Positions 1-10,738 of a stretch of DNA of 64,000 bases are shown piece after piece. Below the pieces are notes generated by a model, which saw nothing but the letters and a program-made list of their open reading frames with translations, had not been told where the DNA came from and searched no databases. Every line of letters begins with the position of its first letter. Within the stretch, counting starts at the first letter, position 1. The translations under genes and the position numbers were made by a program. Origin of the DNA: an uncultured Vicinamibacteraceae bacterium (lineage in GTDB: Bacteria > Acidobacteriota > Vicinamibacteria > Vicinamibacterales > UBA8438); assembly GCA_964342185.1 (NCBI GenBank), contig CAYFER010000013.1, positions 4,598 through 68,597 of the forward strand, given 5' to 3'.

Positions 1-1
1 G

Positions 2-415
2 CCAAAGAAGGTCAAGCGTCGGAAGCAGCATCGAGGTCGTATGACCGGGAAGGCATGGCGCGGGTCAACCGTGTCGTTTGGGGATTACGGTATGAAGGCG
101 ATGGAGCCATGCTGGTTGACCGCCAGGCAGATTGAAGCTGCTCGAGTTGCTATGACCCGATTCATTAAACGTGGTGGGAAAATCTGGGTTAGGGTATTTC
201 CTGATAAACCGATTACAAAAAAACCGCAAGAGGTTCGAATGGGTAAGGGTAAAGGGGCTCCCGATCAATGGGTTGCCGTTATTCGACCTGGTCGGATTTT
301 GTTTGAAATGGAAGGCGTTAGCGCAGTCGATGCCCAAAGAGCGATGCAGCTGGCTGCAGCGAAATTGCCCATCCACACGCAGTTTACAACTCGTTTTGGT
401 GAGGCCCGACTATGA
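2..415 (+). CDS. rplP: 50S ribosomal protein L16 (5' end cut by window edge)
   Basis: Frame open from base 2 reads [30 protein letters not shown], the L16 N-terminal signature; only 1-2 codons are missing. Stop overlaps the rpmC start (ATGA). Confidence 0.95.
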   Translation, partial: PKKVKRRKQHRGRMTGKAWRGSTVSFGDYGMKAMEPCWLTARQIEAARVAMTRFIKRGGKIWVRVFPDKPITKKPQEVRMGKGKGAPDQWVAVIRPGRILFEMEGVSAVDAQRAMQLAAAKLPIHTQFTTRFGEARL

Positions 416-621
416 CGAATATAGCCGAGCTTAGAGAATTGGCCGCAGAAGATCTCGCCAAACGGGTTCTTGACCTTGATGATCGGGTGTTTCGTCTGCG
501 GATGCAACAGGGTACAGGTGAGGGTGACGCACCAAATAAAATGCGGGAACTCAGGCGCGAACGTGCGCGGGTCAAGACCCTGCTTCGGGAATTGGAATTG
601 GCAGCGGAGGACCAGCACTAA
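412..621 (+). CDS. rpmC: 50S ribosomal protein L29
   Basis: 69 aa, [26 protein letters not shown] is L29-like; canonical position between L16 and S17. Confidence 0.95.
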   Translation: MTNIAELRELAAEDLAKRVLDLDDRVFRLRMQQGTGEGDAPNKMRELRRERARVKTLLRELELAAEDQH

Positions 622-875
622 TGGCTGGAAAGAGAGAAGTAGTTGGCGTGGTCCGGCGTGACAAGTTGGACAAGTGTGTGGTTGTGGCGGTTGAGCGAAG
701 GGTGCGGAATGTTGCTTATGGAAAGATTCAGCGCCGCACGTCGATGTTTATGGCCCATGACGAAAATAACAGTGCCAAGGTTGGAGATCGCGTAGCGATT
801 GTCGAAACTCGTCCGCTCAGTCGACGAAAACGTTTTGTAGTTGTCCGAGTTGTCGAACGAGCTAAGACTGTGTAG
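621..875 (+). CDS. rpsQ: 30S ribosomal protein S17
   Basis: 84 aa, VVGVVRRDKLDKCVVVAVERRV...MAHDENN OB-fold pattern; TAATG junction with rpmC. Confidence 0.95.
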   Translation: MAGKREVVGVVRRDKLDKCVVVAVERRVRNVAYGKIQRRTSMFMAHDENNSAKVGDRVAIVETRPLSRRKRFVVVRVVERAKTV

Positions 876-891
876 GTGAGGCAAGTTAACG

Positions 892-1260
892 ATGATTCAG
901 ATGCAGTCCGTGCTCGACGTTGCTGATAATTCTGGTGCGCGCAAAATCGCTGTCATTAACCCATTGGGTGGTTCGACAGGTCGGTATGCACGACTTGGAG
1001 ACTTGGTAACCGCGTCCGTAAAGGAGGCGGTTCCTGCGTCACAGGTTAAGAAGGGCCAGGTAGTGAGGGCTGTTATTGTTCGAACCAAGAAGGAACACCG
1101 TCGACGCGATGGTAGTTATGTTCGGTTCGATCGAAACGCCGCTGTTTTGGTTGATGAGCAGAATGAACCGGTAGGGACTCGTGTGTTCGGGCCAGTCGCG
1201 CGTGAACTGCGGGAGCGAAAGTTTATGAAGATCGTCTCACTCGCCCCAGAGGTCTTGTAG
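892..1260 (+). CDS. rplN: 50S ribosomal protein L14
   Basis: 122 aa, [18 protein letters not shown] is the canonical L14 N-terminus. Confidence 0.97.
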   Translation: MIQMQSVLDVADNSGARKIAVINPLGGSTGRYARLGDLVTASVKEAVPASQVKKGQVVRAVIVRTKKEHRRRDGSYVRFDRNAAVLVDEQNEPVGTRVFGPVARELRERKFMKIVSLAPEVL

Positions 1261-1374
1261 GACGTTACGTGCAGTTGGAATTGAGGATTTGAAATTGCAA
1301 TATGAAAATTATCCTGTCGTAGGAAGTTCACGGGGCGTCTTTGTCGGTTCTGTGTGCTGTGATGTGAGTGTTGC

Positions 1375-1710
1375 GTGATGTCGAGACTTCAAACTCCAGT
1401 TAGGAAAAACGACACCGTCGTAGTGGTGGGTGGAAAAGACAGAGGTAAGCGTGGTCGTGTACTGCGAGTGTTGCCAGATCGCAATCGCATCATTGTGGAG
1501 GGTGTGAATTTTATTAAGCGCCACACGCGTCCGAATCCTCAGAAGAATGTGAAAGGTGGCGTAGTGGAACGGGAAGCTTCGTTTCATGCTTCTAATGTTC
1601 AGATTGTTTGTCCGGAATGCGCTGCGCCTACGCGAATCGGGCATTCTTTACTTGGCGATGGTCGTAAGGTTCGGGTGTGTCGAAAATGCGATGGAGCCGT
1701 TGATAAATGA
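1375..1710 (+). CDS. rplX: 50S ribosomal protein L24 (Cys4 zinc-ribbon form)
   Basis: 111 aa, KOW motif [22 protein letters not shown]; C-terminal CPEC...CRKC. GTG 1375 or ATG 1378; in-frame TGA at 1360 blocks any longer N-terminus. Confidence 0.93.
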   Translation: MMSRLQTPVRKNDTVVVVGGKDRGKRGRVLRVLPDRNRIIVEGVNFIKRHTRPNPQKNVKGGVVEREASFHASNVQIVCPECAAPTRIGHSLLGDGRKVRVCRKCDGAVDK

Positions 1711-2249
1711 GTAGGTTGCAGGTGCGGTATCGGGATGATGTGATTCCAGCGCTTCGGAAGGAGTTTAGCTATTCGAATGTGATGGCTGTGCCAAAGATTG
1801 ACCGCATCGTCGTGAACATGGGATTGGGAGATGCGACTCAGAATCCGAAACTGGTTGAAGTTGGTACGGCTGAATTGACGCTGATTACTGGGCAAAAGCC
1901 TGTAACTCGGAGGGCTAGAAAGTCTATTGCCCAGTTCAAGCTACGCGAGGGAGTTCCCATAGGGACAATGGTGACACTGCGTGGCGATCGAATGTATGAA
2001 TTTCTTGATCGATTAATTGCTATTGCCTTACCACGTGTTCGAGATTTTCGGGGTGTTTCGCCAAAGGGATTTGATGGTCGTGGAAATTACACAATGGGTT
2101 TGAAGGACCAACTGATCTTTCTTGAGATTGACTATATGAAGGTCGATCAGTCTCGTGGAATGAATATTTCAGTTGTTACGACAGCGAATTCTGATGAGGA
2201 AGGACGAAGACTTTTGCAGTTGATGGGGATGCCATTCAGGGCTAATTAA
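1707..2249 (+). CDS. rplE: 50S ribosomal protein L5
   Basis: 180 aa, L5-like throughout ([28 protein letters not shown]); ATGA overlap with rplX. Confidence 0.96.
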   Translation: MSRLQVRYRDDVIPALRKEFSYSNVMAVPKIDRIVVNMGLGDATQNPKLVEVGTAELTLITGQKPVTRRARKSIAQFKLREGVPIGTMVTLRGDRMYEFLDRLIAIALPRVRDFRGVSPKGFDGRGNYTMGLKDQLIFLEIDYMKVDQSRGMNISVVTTANSDEEGRRLLQLMGMPFRAN

Positions 2250-2255
2250 GAGCAT

Positions 2256-2441
2256 ATGTCGACCATAGCGAAAAAAGTTAAAGAACTGAGATTGCCCAAG
2301 TTCAGGGTTCGTTTACGCAACCGCTGTCGGTTGTGTGGGCGTCCACGAGGTTACCTTCGAAAGTTTGCATTGTGCCGTTTGTGCTTCCGAAAGCTGGCTC
2401 TCGAGGGTGAGATCGCGGGCGTGACCAAGAGTAGTTGGTAA
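2256..2441 (+). CDS. rpsN: 30S ribosomal protein S14 type Z (zinc-binding)
   Basis: 61 aa, [22 protein letters not shown] gives CxxC..CxxC. Confidence 0.95.
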   Translation: MSTIAKKVKELRLPKFRVRLRNRCRLCGRPRGYLRKFALCRLCFRKLALEGEIAGVTKSSW

Positions 2442-2509
2442 CCCTTCGTTGGTTGAGTAGTAGAGGGTTGTGCCACGGAATTGCCAAGGACGAGTAAAGA
2501 CGGAGAACT

Positions 2510-2920
2510 ATGCCAGACCAGATTGCCGACATGCTGACGCGGATTCGTAACGCAACGTCGGGACGGCGGCCTCGTGTAGATGTGCCGCAGTCCAAACTTA
2601 AGGCCGAGATCGCAAAAATTTTGCAGAACGAAGGATACATTCAGGGTTTCAAGTTCGTAGAACTTCCGGTTGATCGGCGGGGATATCCAGACAAGATGAT
2701 CCGTATTTTTCTGAAGTACGGACCTCGCGGCGAACGGGTTCTTTCGGGTCTTGAGCGGGTGAGTCGGCCTGGTAGAAGGGTGTATTGTGCTAAAGACAAA
2801 CCGCCCTCGGTGTTAGCGGGCCTTGGGACAAGTATTGTGACCACCTCACATGGGGTTATGACGGGGCGCCAAGCCGCCGAAGCCGGCGTGGGAGGCGAGG
2901 TTCTTTGTAATGTTTGGTAA
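2510..2920 (+). CDS. rpsH: 30S ribosomal protein S8
   Basis: 136 aa, DQIADMLTRIRNA signature. Confidence 0.96.
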   Translation: MPDQIADMLTRIRNATSGRRPRVDVPQSKLKAEIAKILQNEGYIQGFKFVELPVDRRGYPDKMIRIFLKYGPRGERVLSGLERVSRPGRRVYCAKDKPPSVLAGLGTSIVTTSHGVMTGRQAAEAGVGGEVLCNVW

Positions 2921-2942
2921 ATTAGATTGTGAGTAATTATCG

Positions 2943-3482
2943 ATGTCGCGTGTAGGCAAGAAGCCAATTCCTGTGCCTGATGGTGTCAAGGTCACTGTTC
3001 ATGTAGGCAGTGTTGATGTTGAAGGTCCAAAGGGAAAGCTGCAACAGATGTTTCCGTCTGTAGTTCGTTTCGAATTAAGCGATGGTCAACTGCACGCTCA
3101 ACTCGTTAATGAGGGCGACAAATCACTCGCAAAGTTTCATGGCTTGGCGCGTAGTCTTGTTGCAAATGCGGTTCACGGTGTTACAGAGGGATTCAAGAAA
3201 GAATTGGATATCGTTGGGATAGGTTACCGTGCGGAAGTCAAAGGCAAAACAGTCGTTTTTGCGCTGGGGTATTCACATCCTGTGGTGTTCGATATTCCAT
3301 CTGGTATCGACATCACGGTTGACAAACAAACTCATATCGTCGTGCGTGGCATTGACAGGCAGCAAGTCGGTCAGGTAGCTGCTGATATTCGTTCACTTCG
3401 TAAACCCGATCCATATAAGCAGAAAGGTGTTCGGTACACGGGTGAAGTGCTTAAGAAGAAGGTTGGTAAGACCGGAGCCTAG
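2943..3482 (+). CDS. rplF: 50S ribosomal protein L6
   Basis: 179 aa, [17 protein letters not shown], ending [18 protein letters not shown]. Confidence 0.96.
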   Translation: MSRVGKKPIPVPDGVKVTVHVGSVDVEGPKGKLQQMFPSVVRFELSDGQLHAQLVNEGDKSLAKFHGLARSLVANAVHGVTEGFKKELDIVGIGYRAEVKGKTVVFALGYSHPVVFDIPSGIDITVDKQTHIVVRGIDRQQVGQVAADIRSLRKPDPYKQKGVRYTGEVLKKKVGKTGA

Positions 3483-3485
3483 TGA

Positions 3486-3860
3486 ATGAAGGTCAAAACG
3501 AAGAAGGCCCGTCGGACTCGTGTTCGACTGCGGCAGCGACAACGGATTCATGGAACTGCTACGAGGCCTAGACTTTCGGTATCTCGTAGCTTGGTGCACA
3601 TCTCGGCGCAGGTGATTAATGATGAGACCGGTTGCACCCTAGTTGCAGCATCTAGTTCTGAAGCGGAAGTGAAGGCGCTGTTCGAAAACGGTGCCCGTGG
3701 CGGTAATAAGGCAGGAGCGAGGGTGGTCGGAAAGGCCGTTGCGGAGCGGCTGATTAAACAAGGTGTCAAACAAGTTGTTTTTGATCGTGGTGGGTTTCTT
3801 TATCACGGCCGAGTCCGCAGCGTAGCGGAGGCGGCACGTGAAGCAGGACTGGAGTTCTGA
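3486..3860 (+). CDS. rplR: 50S ribosomal protein L18
   Basis: 124 aa, [20 protein letters not shown] and C-terminal [23 protein letters not shown]. Confidence 0.95.
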   Translation: MKVKTKKARRTRVRLRQRQRIHGTATRPRLSVSRSLVHISAQVINDETGCTLVAASSSEAEVKALFENGARGGNKAGARVVGKAVAERLIKQGVKQVVFDRGGFLYHGRVRSVAEAAREAGLEF

Positions 3861-3862
3861 GT

Positions 3863-4426
3863 ATGGGCAACGGACCAGTCAAGATCGATCCGACGAATTT
3901 AGACCTCAAAGACACGGTTGTTTCGATTAATCGTGTCACAAAGGTCGTCAAGGGAGGTAAGAACCTCAGTTTTAGTGCACTAGTGGTCGTTGGGGATGGA
4001 CTGGGGCATGTTGGCTATGCGGTAGGAAAAGCGAAAGAGGTTCCGTCGGCCATAAAAAAGGGGATTGAAGCGGCCAAGAAGGAATTGATCCGAGTTCCGC
4101 TCCAAGATACTACGATTCCTCATACTGTCGTTGGCAGGTTTGGTGCAGGGCGGGTGTTACTCAAGCCAGCGCCGGAAGGAACTGGGATTATTGCTGGTGG
4201 AGCTGTAAGGGCTGTTGTTGAAGCTGCCGGTATTCACAACATCTTAACGAAGTCGATAGGTTCGGATAATCCACAGAATGTGGTTCGTGCGACCTTTTCG
4301 GGTTTGGCTGAGCTGAAGGACCCAGTTCAAGTAGCACGGTTACGAGGAATCGATGTTGAGCAGATGGGCCGGTCTGTGACCAAGATAAGTCCACCCTCAA
4401 CTATCGGGGATGTAGTAATCACATGA
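3863..4426 (+). CDS. rpsE: 30S ribosomal protein S5
   Basis: 187 aa, [28 protein letters not shown]; short C-terminal extension. Confidence 0.95.
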   Translation: MGNGPVKIDPTNLDLKDTVVSINRVTKVVKGGKNLSFSALVVVGDGLGHVGYAVGKAKEVPSAIKKGIEAAKKELIRVPLQDTTIPHTVVGRFGAGRVLLKPAPEGTGIIAGGAVRAVVEAAGIHNILTKSIGSDNPQNVVRATFSGLAELKDPVQVARLRGIDVEQMGRSVTKISPPSTIGDVVIT

Positions 4427-4626
4427 CTAGGCGAGCACAGCGTAATGACGAAGCTTCTCGTGTCAAAGTGACATTAATACGAAGCCCAATCGGTTTTGAT
4501 AAACGCCAAGCTCTTGTGGTTAAAGGGCTCGGGCTTCGGCGGATTGGTCACTCAGTTGACGTCGTCGATAACTCATCAGTACGAGGCATGATTCACAAGG
4601 TCAGACATCTTGTGAGGGTAGGTTGA
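4423..4626 (+). CDS. rpmD: 50S ribosomal protein L30
   Basis: 67 aa, [16 protein letters not shown]; 4-nt overlaps on both sides. Confidence 0.93.
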   Translation: MTRRAQRNDEASRVKVTLIRSPIGFDKRQALVVKGLGLRRIGHSVDVVDNSSVRGMIHKVRHLVRVG

Positions 4627-5105
4627 TGTCGATGAATCTTAATAATCTCTGCCCTGCCAAGGGAGCTCGAAATAAACGGAAGCGAATTGGGCGAGGGGAA
4701 GGTTCCGGGACGGGCGTCACAGCTGGACGCGGCCACAAAGGCCAGAAGTCTCGGTCTGGCTATAAAAGTAAGCGTGGTTTTGAAGGCGGCCAGATGCCTA
4801 TACAGCGTCAGTTGCCGAAGCGAGGATTTCACAATCCTTTCCGTACCGAGTACGCGGTCGTCAATCTTGACACTCTTGCCGAGAGGTTTGATGACGGGGC
4901 AGAAGTCACACCAGAAATACTCCGAGAGCGAAAGATCGTTAGAAAATCTCGTGCTCCAATTAAAGTGTTGGCGCGTGGTGACATATCGAAGAAGCTGACA
5001 GTCAAAGCCCATCGATTTAGTGCCAAAGCAAACGCGGCTATTGCCGCTGCCGGCGGGGTAGCTAGTGTTCTATCAGTGCAGGCCGGGAGTCGAGTCTCTG
5101 GATGA
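4623..5105 (+). CDS. rplO: 50S ribosomal protein L15
   Basis: 160 aa, [24 protein letters not shown] glycine-rich L15 motif. Confidence 0.95.
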   Translation: MMSMNLNNLCPAKGARNKRKRIGRGEGSGTGVTAGRGHKGQKSRSGYKSKRGFEGGQMPIQRQLPKRGFHNPFRTEYAVVNLDTLAERFDDGAEVTPEILRERKIVRKSRAPIKVLARGDISKKLTVKAHRFSAKANAAIAAAGGVASVLSVQAGSRVSG

Positions 5106-6490
5106 TTGATAGTCTCAAGAGTATCTTTTCGATTTCGGATCTTCGAAAGCGAGTGTTGTTCACACTCACTATTCTGGCGGTGTATCGGATTGGGAGTCAT
5201 ATACCTACCCCTGGTGTGAACACCGAGGCACTGGCAATTCTCGCTGAACAGGCGGCGGGCACCATGTTTGGTTTGTACGACATGTTCTCTGGTGGGAATC
5301 TATCCCAAGTCACGATCTTCGCTCTTGGGATCATGCCGTATATTAGTGCTTCAATTATTATCCAGTTACTAACCGTTGTCTGGCCGTATTTGGAAAGATT
5401 ATCGAAGGAGGGAGAGCTCGGCCGAAGGAAAATAACGCAATACACGAGGTACGGCACAATCTTGTTGTGTGTGGTCCAAGCGATGGCGATTGCTCTTTTT
5501 CTGGAAAGACAAACAAATATCGCCGGCGGACTTCCACTTGTCTACAATCCTGGCTGGGCATTTCGACTTATGACCGTGCTGACTCTAACAACCGGCACGG
5601 GATTTATCATGTGGTTGGGAGAGCAGATTACCGAACGTGGTATCGGGAACGGGATGTCCTTAATAATTTTTGCAGGGATAGTCGTAAACTTGCCCGCTGC
5701 AGTTCTCACCACCTTTGACCAACTGAGAACTGGCCAGATCGGCTTGATTCGTCTCTTGTTGTTACTTCTCTTGATGGTCGCGGTGATTGCTGCCGTTGTA
5801 TTTATCGAACGTGGGCAGCGTCGTGTCACGGTTCAATACGCTAAGCGTGTTGTCGGCCGTCGAATGTATGGCGGTACCAGTACTCATATTCCGCTCAAGG
5901 TAAACACTGGCGGTGTGATACCAGTAATCTTCGCTTCATCTATCATCGCGTTTCCAGCCACGATTGCGACGGCATTGCCAACTGGTGGATGGGCTCAGGC
6001 TATTACCGACCAGCTCAGGAACGGTATGCCCTTGTATTACCTTTTGTACATGTCAGGAATAGTGTTTTTTGCCTACTTCTATACCGCGATTATCTTCAAT
6101 CCAGACGACGTCGCTGAGAATATGAGGAAGCATGGTGGCTTTGTACCTGGGATACGCCCGGGAAAACGAACAGCTGAGCATATCGATACGATTTTGACTC
6201 GGATTACCGTAGTTGGTTCGATCTATTTAGCGTTGGTCGCTGTACTTCCAGACTTGATGATTGTTGGGTTTCGCGCAGATGCAGTCCCGTTTTTGGGCGA
6301 CCAACTTGACATGTTCTTGCCGGGGTTCATTACGGATGGATTGGGTGTGACTTTTTATTTTGGTGGTACGTCGTTGCTGATCATTGTCGGCGTTTCGATG
6401 GACACCGTACAGCAGATTGAATCGCAGTTGATTATGCGTCACTACGATGGCTTTATGAAAAAAACCCGCATCAAGGGAAGACGAGGATAA
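5102..6490 (+). CDS. secY: preprotein translocase subunit SecY
   Basis: 462 aa polytopic membrane protein, [26 protein letters not shown], in the canonical spc-operon position. Confidence 0.97.
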   Translation: MIDSLKSIFSISDLRKRVLFTLTILAVYRIGSHIPTPGVNTEALAILAEQAAGTMFGLYDMFSGGNLSQVTIFALGIMPYISASIIIQLLTVVWPYLERLSKEGELGRRKITQYTRYGTILLCVVQAMAIALFLERQTNIAGGLPLVYNPGWAFRLMTVLTLTTGTGFIMWLGEQITERGIGNGMSLIIFAGIVVNLPAAVLTTFDQLRTGQIGLIRLLLLLLLMVAVIAAVVFIERGQRRVTVQYAKRVVGRRMYGGTSTHIPLKVNTGGVIPVIFASSIIAFPATIATALPTGGWAQAITDQLRNGMPLYYLLYMSGIVFFAYFYTAIIFNPDDVAENMRKHGGFVPGIRPGKRTAEHIDTILTRITVVGSIYLALVAVLPDLMIVGFRADAVPFLGDQLDMFLPGFITDGLGVTFYFGGTSLLIIVGVSMDTVQQIESQLIMRHYDGFMKKTRIKGRRG

Positions 6491-6516
6491 GACTGTGGAA
6501 TTGAGGAGAAACAGTC

Positions 6517-7182
6517 ATGGCCTTTAATCTCGTGATGTTCGGTCCTCCAGGGGCTGGCAAGGGCACTCAGGCCAGTCGATTGGCTGTTGAACTCGGTATT
6601 CCACAGATCTCAACAGGCGATATTCTGCGAGAGGCTGTGCAGAGTGGAACCGAACTTGGACGACAAGCCAAAGCTATTATGGATTCTGGTGAACTCGTAG
6701 GCGATCAGGTTGTGGTTGGTATTATCAGAGAACGGCTTGCCAAGAAAGATGCGGCAGACGGCTTTGTTCTAGATGGCTTTCCTCGAACAGTGTCACAGGC
6801 ATCAGAGTTGGATGTCATTTTGCATGGACGAGACACTCTGGTAGTAATAGAGCTTTCGGTTCCAGACGAAGAGCTTGTCAGTCGGTTGTCCAAACGTCGG
6901 GTATGCGCAGATTGTGGCTCGATTGCTGGATTGCAGTCTGATGGGTCTACCGCATCGTCATTGACATGCAGCACGTGCGGCGGTGATCTTATCCAACGTA
7001 GCGATGATCGAGAAGAGGTGGTACGCGAACGACTTCGAGTCTATCATCAGCAGACATCGCCACTCGTCGAGTTTTATAAGTCGCGACCAAGTTTCCATAG
7101 CCTAGATGGGAACCAACCACTTGATTTTGTGACTACGGCTGTTAGAGAGGCGGTTGATACCGCTATGGGGGCCAGTGGATGA
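6517..7182 (+). CDS. adk: adenylate kinase (zinc-lid form)
   Basis: 221 aa, P-loop GPPGAGKGTQ; lid CADC...CSTC. Confidence 0.96.
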   Translation: MAFNLVMFGPPGAGKGTQASRLAVELGIPQISTGDILREAVQSGTELGRQAKAIMDSGELVGDQVVVGIIRERLAKKDAADGFVLDGFPRTVSQASELDVILHGRDTLVVIELSVPDEELVSRLSKRRVCADCGSIAGLQSDGSTASSLTCSTCGGDLIQRSDDREEVVRERLRVYHQQTSPLVEFYKSRPSFHSLDGNQPLDFVTTAVREAVDTAMGASG

Positions 7183-8000
7183 TTGTCTGCAAATCGTCTG
7201 GTGAGGTGGATCGAATGCGAACCGCCAATCAATTAGTAGCAGACGTTCTGTGTGAATTGAAGACGATGGTTGAGCCTGGGGTGACGACCAATCAGTTGGA
7301 TGCTGTTGCGGAAGCACGAATTTGTACCGTGGGCGCCAAACCGGCGTTTAAAGGTTATCAAGGGTATCCTTCTACAATTTGTGCATCCGTTAATGAGGCT
7401 GTTGTTCACGGTATTCCGTCTGACGAAGTGCTAAAAGATGGTGACATCATTTCGATTGATATCGGTGTTGTCTTGGACGGTTTCTATGGTGACTCGGCTG
7501 TGACGGTCGGTGTTGGAAATGTGTCCGAGCGCGCATCAAAGCTCATGACGGTGACGAGTGAAGCTCTTGAGAGAGCAATTAGTAAGGTGCAGGTGGACGG
7601 CCGGCTGTCCGATATAGGTCATGCTGTTCAGCAGCATGTCGAGGCATTTGGGTTTTCAGTGGTCAGAGAGTTCGTGGGCCATGGAATTGGCACCCAGCTT
7701 CACGAGGAACCTCAGATACCTAATTATGGTGAACCCGGTCGTGGACCACGGTTACTGGAAGGTATGGTGCTGGCTATCGAACCAATGGTAAACGAGGGCG
7801 ATCCCGGTGTTCGCGTGTTAGACGATGGGTGGACGGCCGTCACACGTGACGGTAATTTATCAGCACACTTTGAGCATTCAGTAGCTGTTACGGCAGATGG
7901 TCCCGAGATCTTGAGCCGGCGTCGGGAGGATGCCACGATTGTCGTAGATGAAGAAAATATAGGCTGCTCGGTTTCTGCGACTACGGCTAGCGAAGGCTAG
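7179..8000 (+). CDS. map: type I methionine aminopeptidase
   Basis: 273 aa, M24A motifs VHGIPS, DIGVVLDGFYGDSA, FVGHGIG, LAIEPMV, HFEHSV; about 25-aa C-terminal tail. Confidence 0.95.
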   Translation: MIVCKSSGEVDRMRTANQLVADVLCELKTMVEPGVTTNQLDAVAEARICTVGAKPAFKGYQGYPSTICASVNEAVVHGIPSDEVLKDGDIISIDIGVVLDGFYGDSAVTVGVGNVSERASKLMTVTSEALERAISKVQVDGRLSDIGHAVQQHVEAFGFSVVREFVGHGIGTQLHEEPQIPNYGEPGRGPRLLEGMVLAIEPMVNEGDPGVRVLDDGWTAVTRDGNLSAHFEHSVAVTADGPEILSRRREDATIVVDEENIGCSVSATTASEG

Positions 8001-8080
8001 AGCATGATCGATAAGTTCGACTGGATAGGCCCATTATAGGTTTGCCGGCCGGGTATTGACGTGTTTTTGAGAGGTAAGAG

Positions 8081-8194
8081 ATGAAAGTTAGGGCGTCGGT
8101 TCGTAAGTTATGTGACAAGTGCAAAATCATTCGTCGGCGCGGAGTGGTGAGGGTGCTGTGTAGCAATCCAAAGCACAAACAGCGTCAAGGTTGA
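8081..8194 (+). CDS. rpmJ: 50S ribosomal protein L36 (zinc-binding form)
   Basis: Read by hand: ATG at 8081, [40 protein letters not shown] at 8192-8194. GAGAGG Shine-Dalgarno upstream. Below the ORF-track length cutoff. Confidence 0.95.
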   Translation: MKVRASVRKLCDKCKIIRRRGVVRVLCSNPKHKQRQG

Positions 8195-8217
8195 GGATAC
8201 CGCAATAGGTAAAGGTT

Positions 8218-8592
8218 ATGGCACGTATAGCAGGAGTTGATCTTCCTCGAACGAAACGAATAGAAGTGGGTTTGACCTACATCTTTGGGATTGGACCCGC
8301 ACGTGCGACTGGTGTGCTTGAAGCCTCAGGAGTCAATCCAGACACTCGTGTCAAGGATTTGACCGAAGACGATGTTCGTCAGATTAGTCGTGTGATTGAA
8401 GAACAGGGGCGTGTAGAAGGTGACCTCCGTAAAGAGATTTCTCTGAATGTGAAGAGATTGATGGAGATTGGTTGTTATCGTGGCCTCAGGCACCGCCGTA
8501 ATCTTCCGGTTCGAGGCCAACGAACTATTACAAACGCACGAACGCGCAAGGGGCCACGAAAAGGTGCGGTCGCCAAGAAGAAGACAACTTAG
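8218..8592 (+). CDS. rpsM: 30S ribosomal protein S13
   Basis: 124 aa, [26 protein letters not shown]. Confidence 0.97.
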   Translation: MARIAGVDLPRTKRIEVGLTYIFGIGPARATGVLEASGVNPDTRVKDLTEDDVRQISRVIEEQGRVEGDLRKEISLNVKRLMEIGCYRGLRHRRNLPVRGQRTITNARTRKGPRKGAVAKKKTT

Positions 8593-8625
8593 CAACTAGA
8601 AATTCTGAAGAATAGAAGGTAGAAC

Positions 8626-9072
8626 ATGGCCAAGCTTGAGACCGTCGATGCCAGTCTTCCGACACCTGCGAAGCGGGGTAAGAAGAAAAGAAAGTCGTTT
8701 AAGAGACGCGGTGAGAAACGCGTAGTTCCGCACGGTGTGGTTCATATTCAAGCATCGTTTAACAACACGATCATCACAGTTACGGATGTTGAAGGTAGTG
8801 TGTTGTCTTGGTCGAGTGCAGGAGGAATCGGGTTTAAGGGCTCTCGGAAAGGGACTCCTTTTGCTGCGACTCAAGCAGCGATTAACGCGGGGCAGAGTGC
8901 GCGAGCGTTCGGTGTTAGATCTGTTGATGTTCGTGTTAAAGGTCCCGGGGCTGGCCGAGAATCCGCAATTAGAGCCCTGCAGACATCTGTGGGTTTCACG
9001 GTCAAATCGATCAGAGATGTAACGCCCATTCCGCACAATGGTTGCCGCCCTCCGAAGCGGCGGAGGGTTTGA
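8626..9072 (+). CDS. rpsK: 30S ribosomal protein S11
   Basis: 148 aa, [20 protein letters not shown]; basic N-terminal extension. Confidence 0.96.
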   Translation: MAKLETVDASLPTPAKRGKKKRKSFKRRGEKRVVPHGVVHIQASFNNTIITVTDVEGSVLSWSSAGGIGFKGSRKGTPFAATQAAINAGQSARAFGVRSVDVRVKGPGAGRESAIRALQTSVGFTVKSIRDVTPIPHNGCRPPKRRRV

Positions 9073-9073
9073 G

Positions 9074-9703
9074 ATGGCTCGATATGTAGGACCTGCCTGT
9101 CGGCTGTGTCGCCGAGAAGGCATGAAATTGTTTCTCAAGGGGGAGCGTTGCTACGGTGAGAAATGCGCCATAGAGAGGCGAAACGTTCCGCCTGGTCAGC
9201 ATGGAAAAGGCCGAAGGGCCAGAATGGCTGGGTATGGTCTCCAACTTCGTGAAAAACAGCGTGTAAAACGAATGTATGGAGTGCTCGAAAGTCAATTTCG
9301 GAAATATTTCAAGGAGGCGGATCGGCGAAAGGGTGTTACTGGCGAGACATTGCTTCAACTGCTCGAAGGGCGGTTAGATAATGTTGTCTATCGACTTGGG
9401 TTTGCCACATCACGGCCACAGGCTCGTCAGTTGGTTCGCCACGGACATTTTACGGTCAACGGCCGCCGCGCGGACATACCCTCTTACTCGATACGGGCTG
9501 GCGATGAGGTGGCTGTTCGCAAGAACAGCGTTAAAAACCCGACGATAATTTATGCAATGGAAGAAGTGAAGGGACGGGGGATCCCAGAGTGGTTGCAGCT
9601 TGACCCTGAGAATTTGGCTGGTCGATTGACGTCAGTACCAACACGTGACCAACTAAATCTTCCGGTCCAAGAACAACTGATCGTCGAGCTATATTCGAAA
9701 TGA
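9074..9703 (+). CDS. rpsD: 30S ribosomal protein S4 (Cys-rich N-terminus)
   Basis: ATG at 9074 preceded by GGAGGG gives [31 protein letters not shown], the canonical S4 start. The ORF-track start at 9038 lies inside rpsK. Confidence 0.95.
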   Translation: MARYVGPACRLCRREGMKLFLKGERCYGEKCAIERRNVPPGQHGKGRRARMAGYGLQLREKQRVKRMYGVLESQFRKYFKEADRRKGVTGETLLQLLEGRLDNVVYRLGFATSRPQARQLVRHGHFTVNGRRADIPSYSIRAGDEVAVRKNSVKNPTIIYAMEEVKGRGIPEWLQLDPENLAGRLTSVPTRDQLNLPVQEQLIVELYSK

Positions 9704-9739
9704 TCGGGCGTTCTCACGACCCTGAAAGGAAAGAACTCG

Positions 9740-10732
9740 ATGTTGTGGAAAGGTTTTCAGCGACCAAAGCGGATAGATTACGAGCGTGACACACTAACGG
9801 ATCGCTTCGGGCGCTTTCACGCGCAACCCTTTGAACGAGGGTTTGGAACTACGGTGGGTAACGCTCTTCGTCGCGTCCTGCTGTCTTCCATCGAAGGTGC
9901 AGCTGTCACGGCGGTAAAGATTGAAGGCGTACTACATGAATTCTCGCCAATCCAGGGAGTTGTCGAGGATGCTACGGACATCATCTTGAACCTTAAACAG
10001 GTTCCGATGAGGCTGAACGTCGATCACATGAAGACGTTGCGGCTTAAAGCCAATACAGCTGGAGAGGTTACAGCTGGAGACATCGAGACTGACGCAGATG
10101 TTGAAATTCTCGAGCCAGAAATCCATATCGCGACGATTGGCGAGGGCGGGTCACTCGACCTTCAACTTCGTGTCAACCGTGGCCGGGGGTATGTGTCTGC
10201 GGATCGAAATTTCGATGAAGACTTAGGTGTCGGTTGGATTCCTATTGACTCGGTTCATTCACCGATCAAGAAGGTTAACTACTTAGTTGAGGCCGCTCGC
10301 TTGGGGCAGACTACCGACTACGATAAGTTAACGGTCGATGTTTGGACCGATGGTGCCGTGACTGCCCGCGATGCGGTATCACTCGGTGCTAAATTGCTTC
10401 GAGATCATCTTAATATTTTTATCAATATCGATGAGCCGGTTGAACCGGAGGAGGAACCAACGGAAGATGAACCACCGGAGCTGGTGAACGAGCATCTTGA
10501 CAAGAGCGTTGAAGAGCTGGAATTGTCTGTTCGCTCTTACAATTGCTTGAAGAATGCTGAAATTCGGACGATCCGTGAATTGGTACAAAAGACTGAACCT
10601 GAGATGTTGCGAACAAAGAACTTCGGTCGAAAATCTCTTAATGAAATCAAAGAGATTTTGTTTGAGATGGGCCTGCATTTAGGGATGCGGTTTGACGAAC
10701 CTTCTCGCCAGACACCGGTACAGGCTGAGTAG
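9740..10732 (+). CDS. rpoA: DNA-directed RNA polymerase subunit alpha
   Basis: 330 aa, [29 protein letters not shown]; C-terminal domain [24 protein letters not shown]. Confidence 0.97.
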   Translation: MLWKGFQRPKRIDYERDTLTDRFGRFHAQPFERGFGTTVGNALRRVLLSSIEGAAVTAVKIEGVLHEFSPIQGVVEDATDIILNLKQVPMRLNVDHMKTLRLKANTAGEVTAGDIETDADVEILEPEIHIATIGEGGSLDLQLRVNRGRGYVSADRNFDEDLGVGWIPIDSVHSPIKKVNYLVEAARLGQTTDYDKLTVDVWTDGAVTARDAVSLGAKLLRDHLNIFINIDEPVEPEEEPTEDEPPELVNEHLDKSVEELELSVRSYNCLKNAEIRTIRELVQKTEPEMLRTKNFGRKSLNEIKEILFEMGLHLGMRFDEPSRQTPVQAE

Positions 10733-10738
10733 AAGACT

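Noticed and set aside
232-240. GGTTCGAAT / GGTTCGAAA T-loop-like strings (232-240 and 62792-62800), checked as possible tRNA genes.
   Set aside because: Both lie inside coding sequence, and no acceptor, D-arm or anticodon-arm pairing could be built around them. No tRNA gene was found in any intergenic region.
9038-9073. Longer N-termini offered by the ORF track for rpsD (9038), tatA (29617), the VOC gene (55081) and xseB (58653).
   Set aside because: In each case a downstream start restores the canonical family N-terminus or removes the overlap with the neighbouring gene, and for rpsD and xseB also provides a Shine-Dalgarno or a stop-start coupling.
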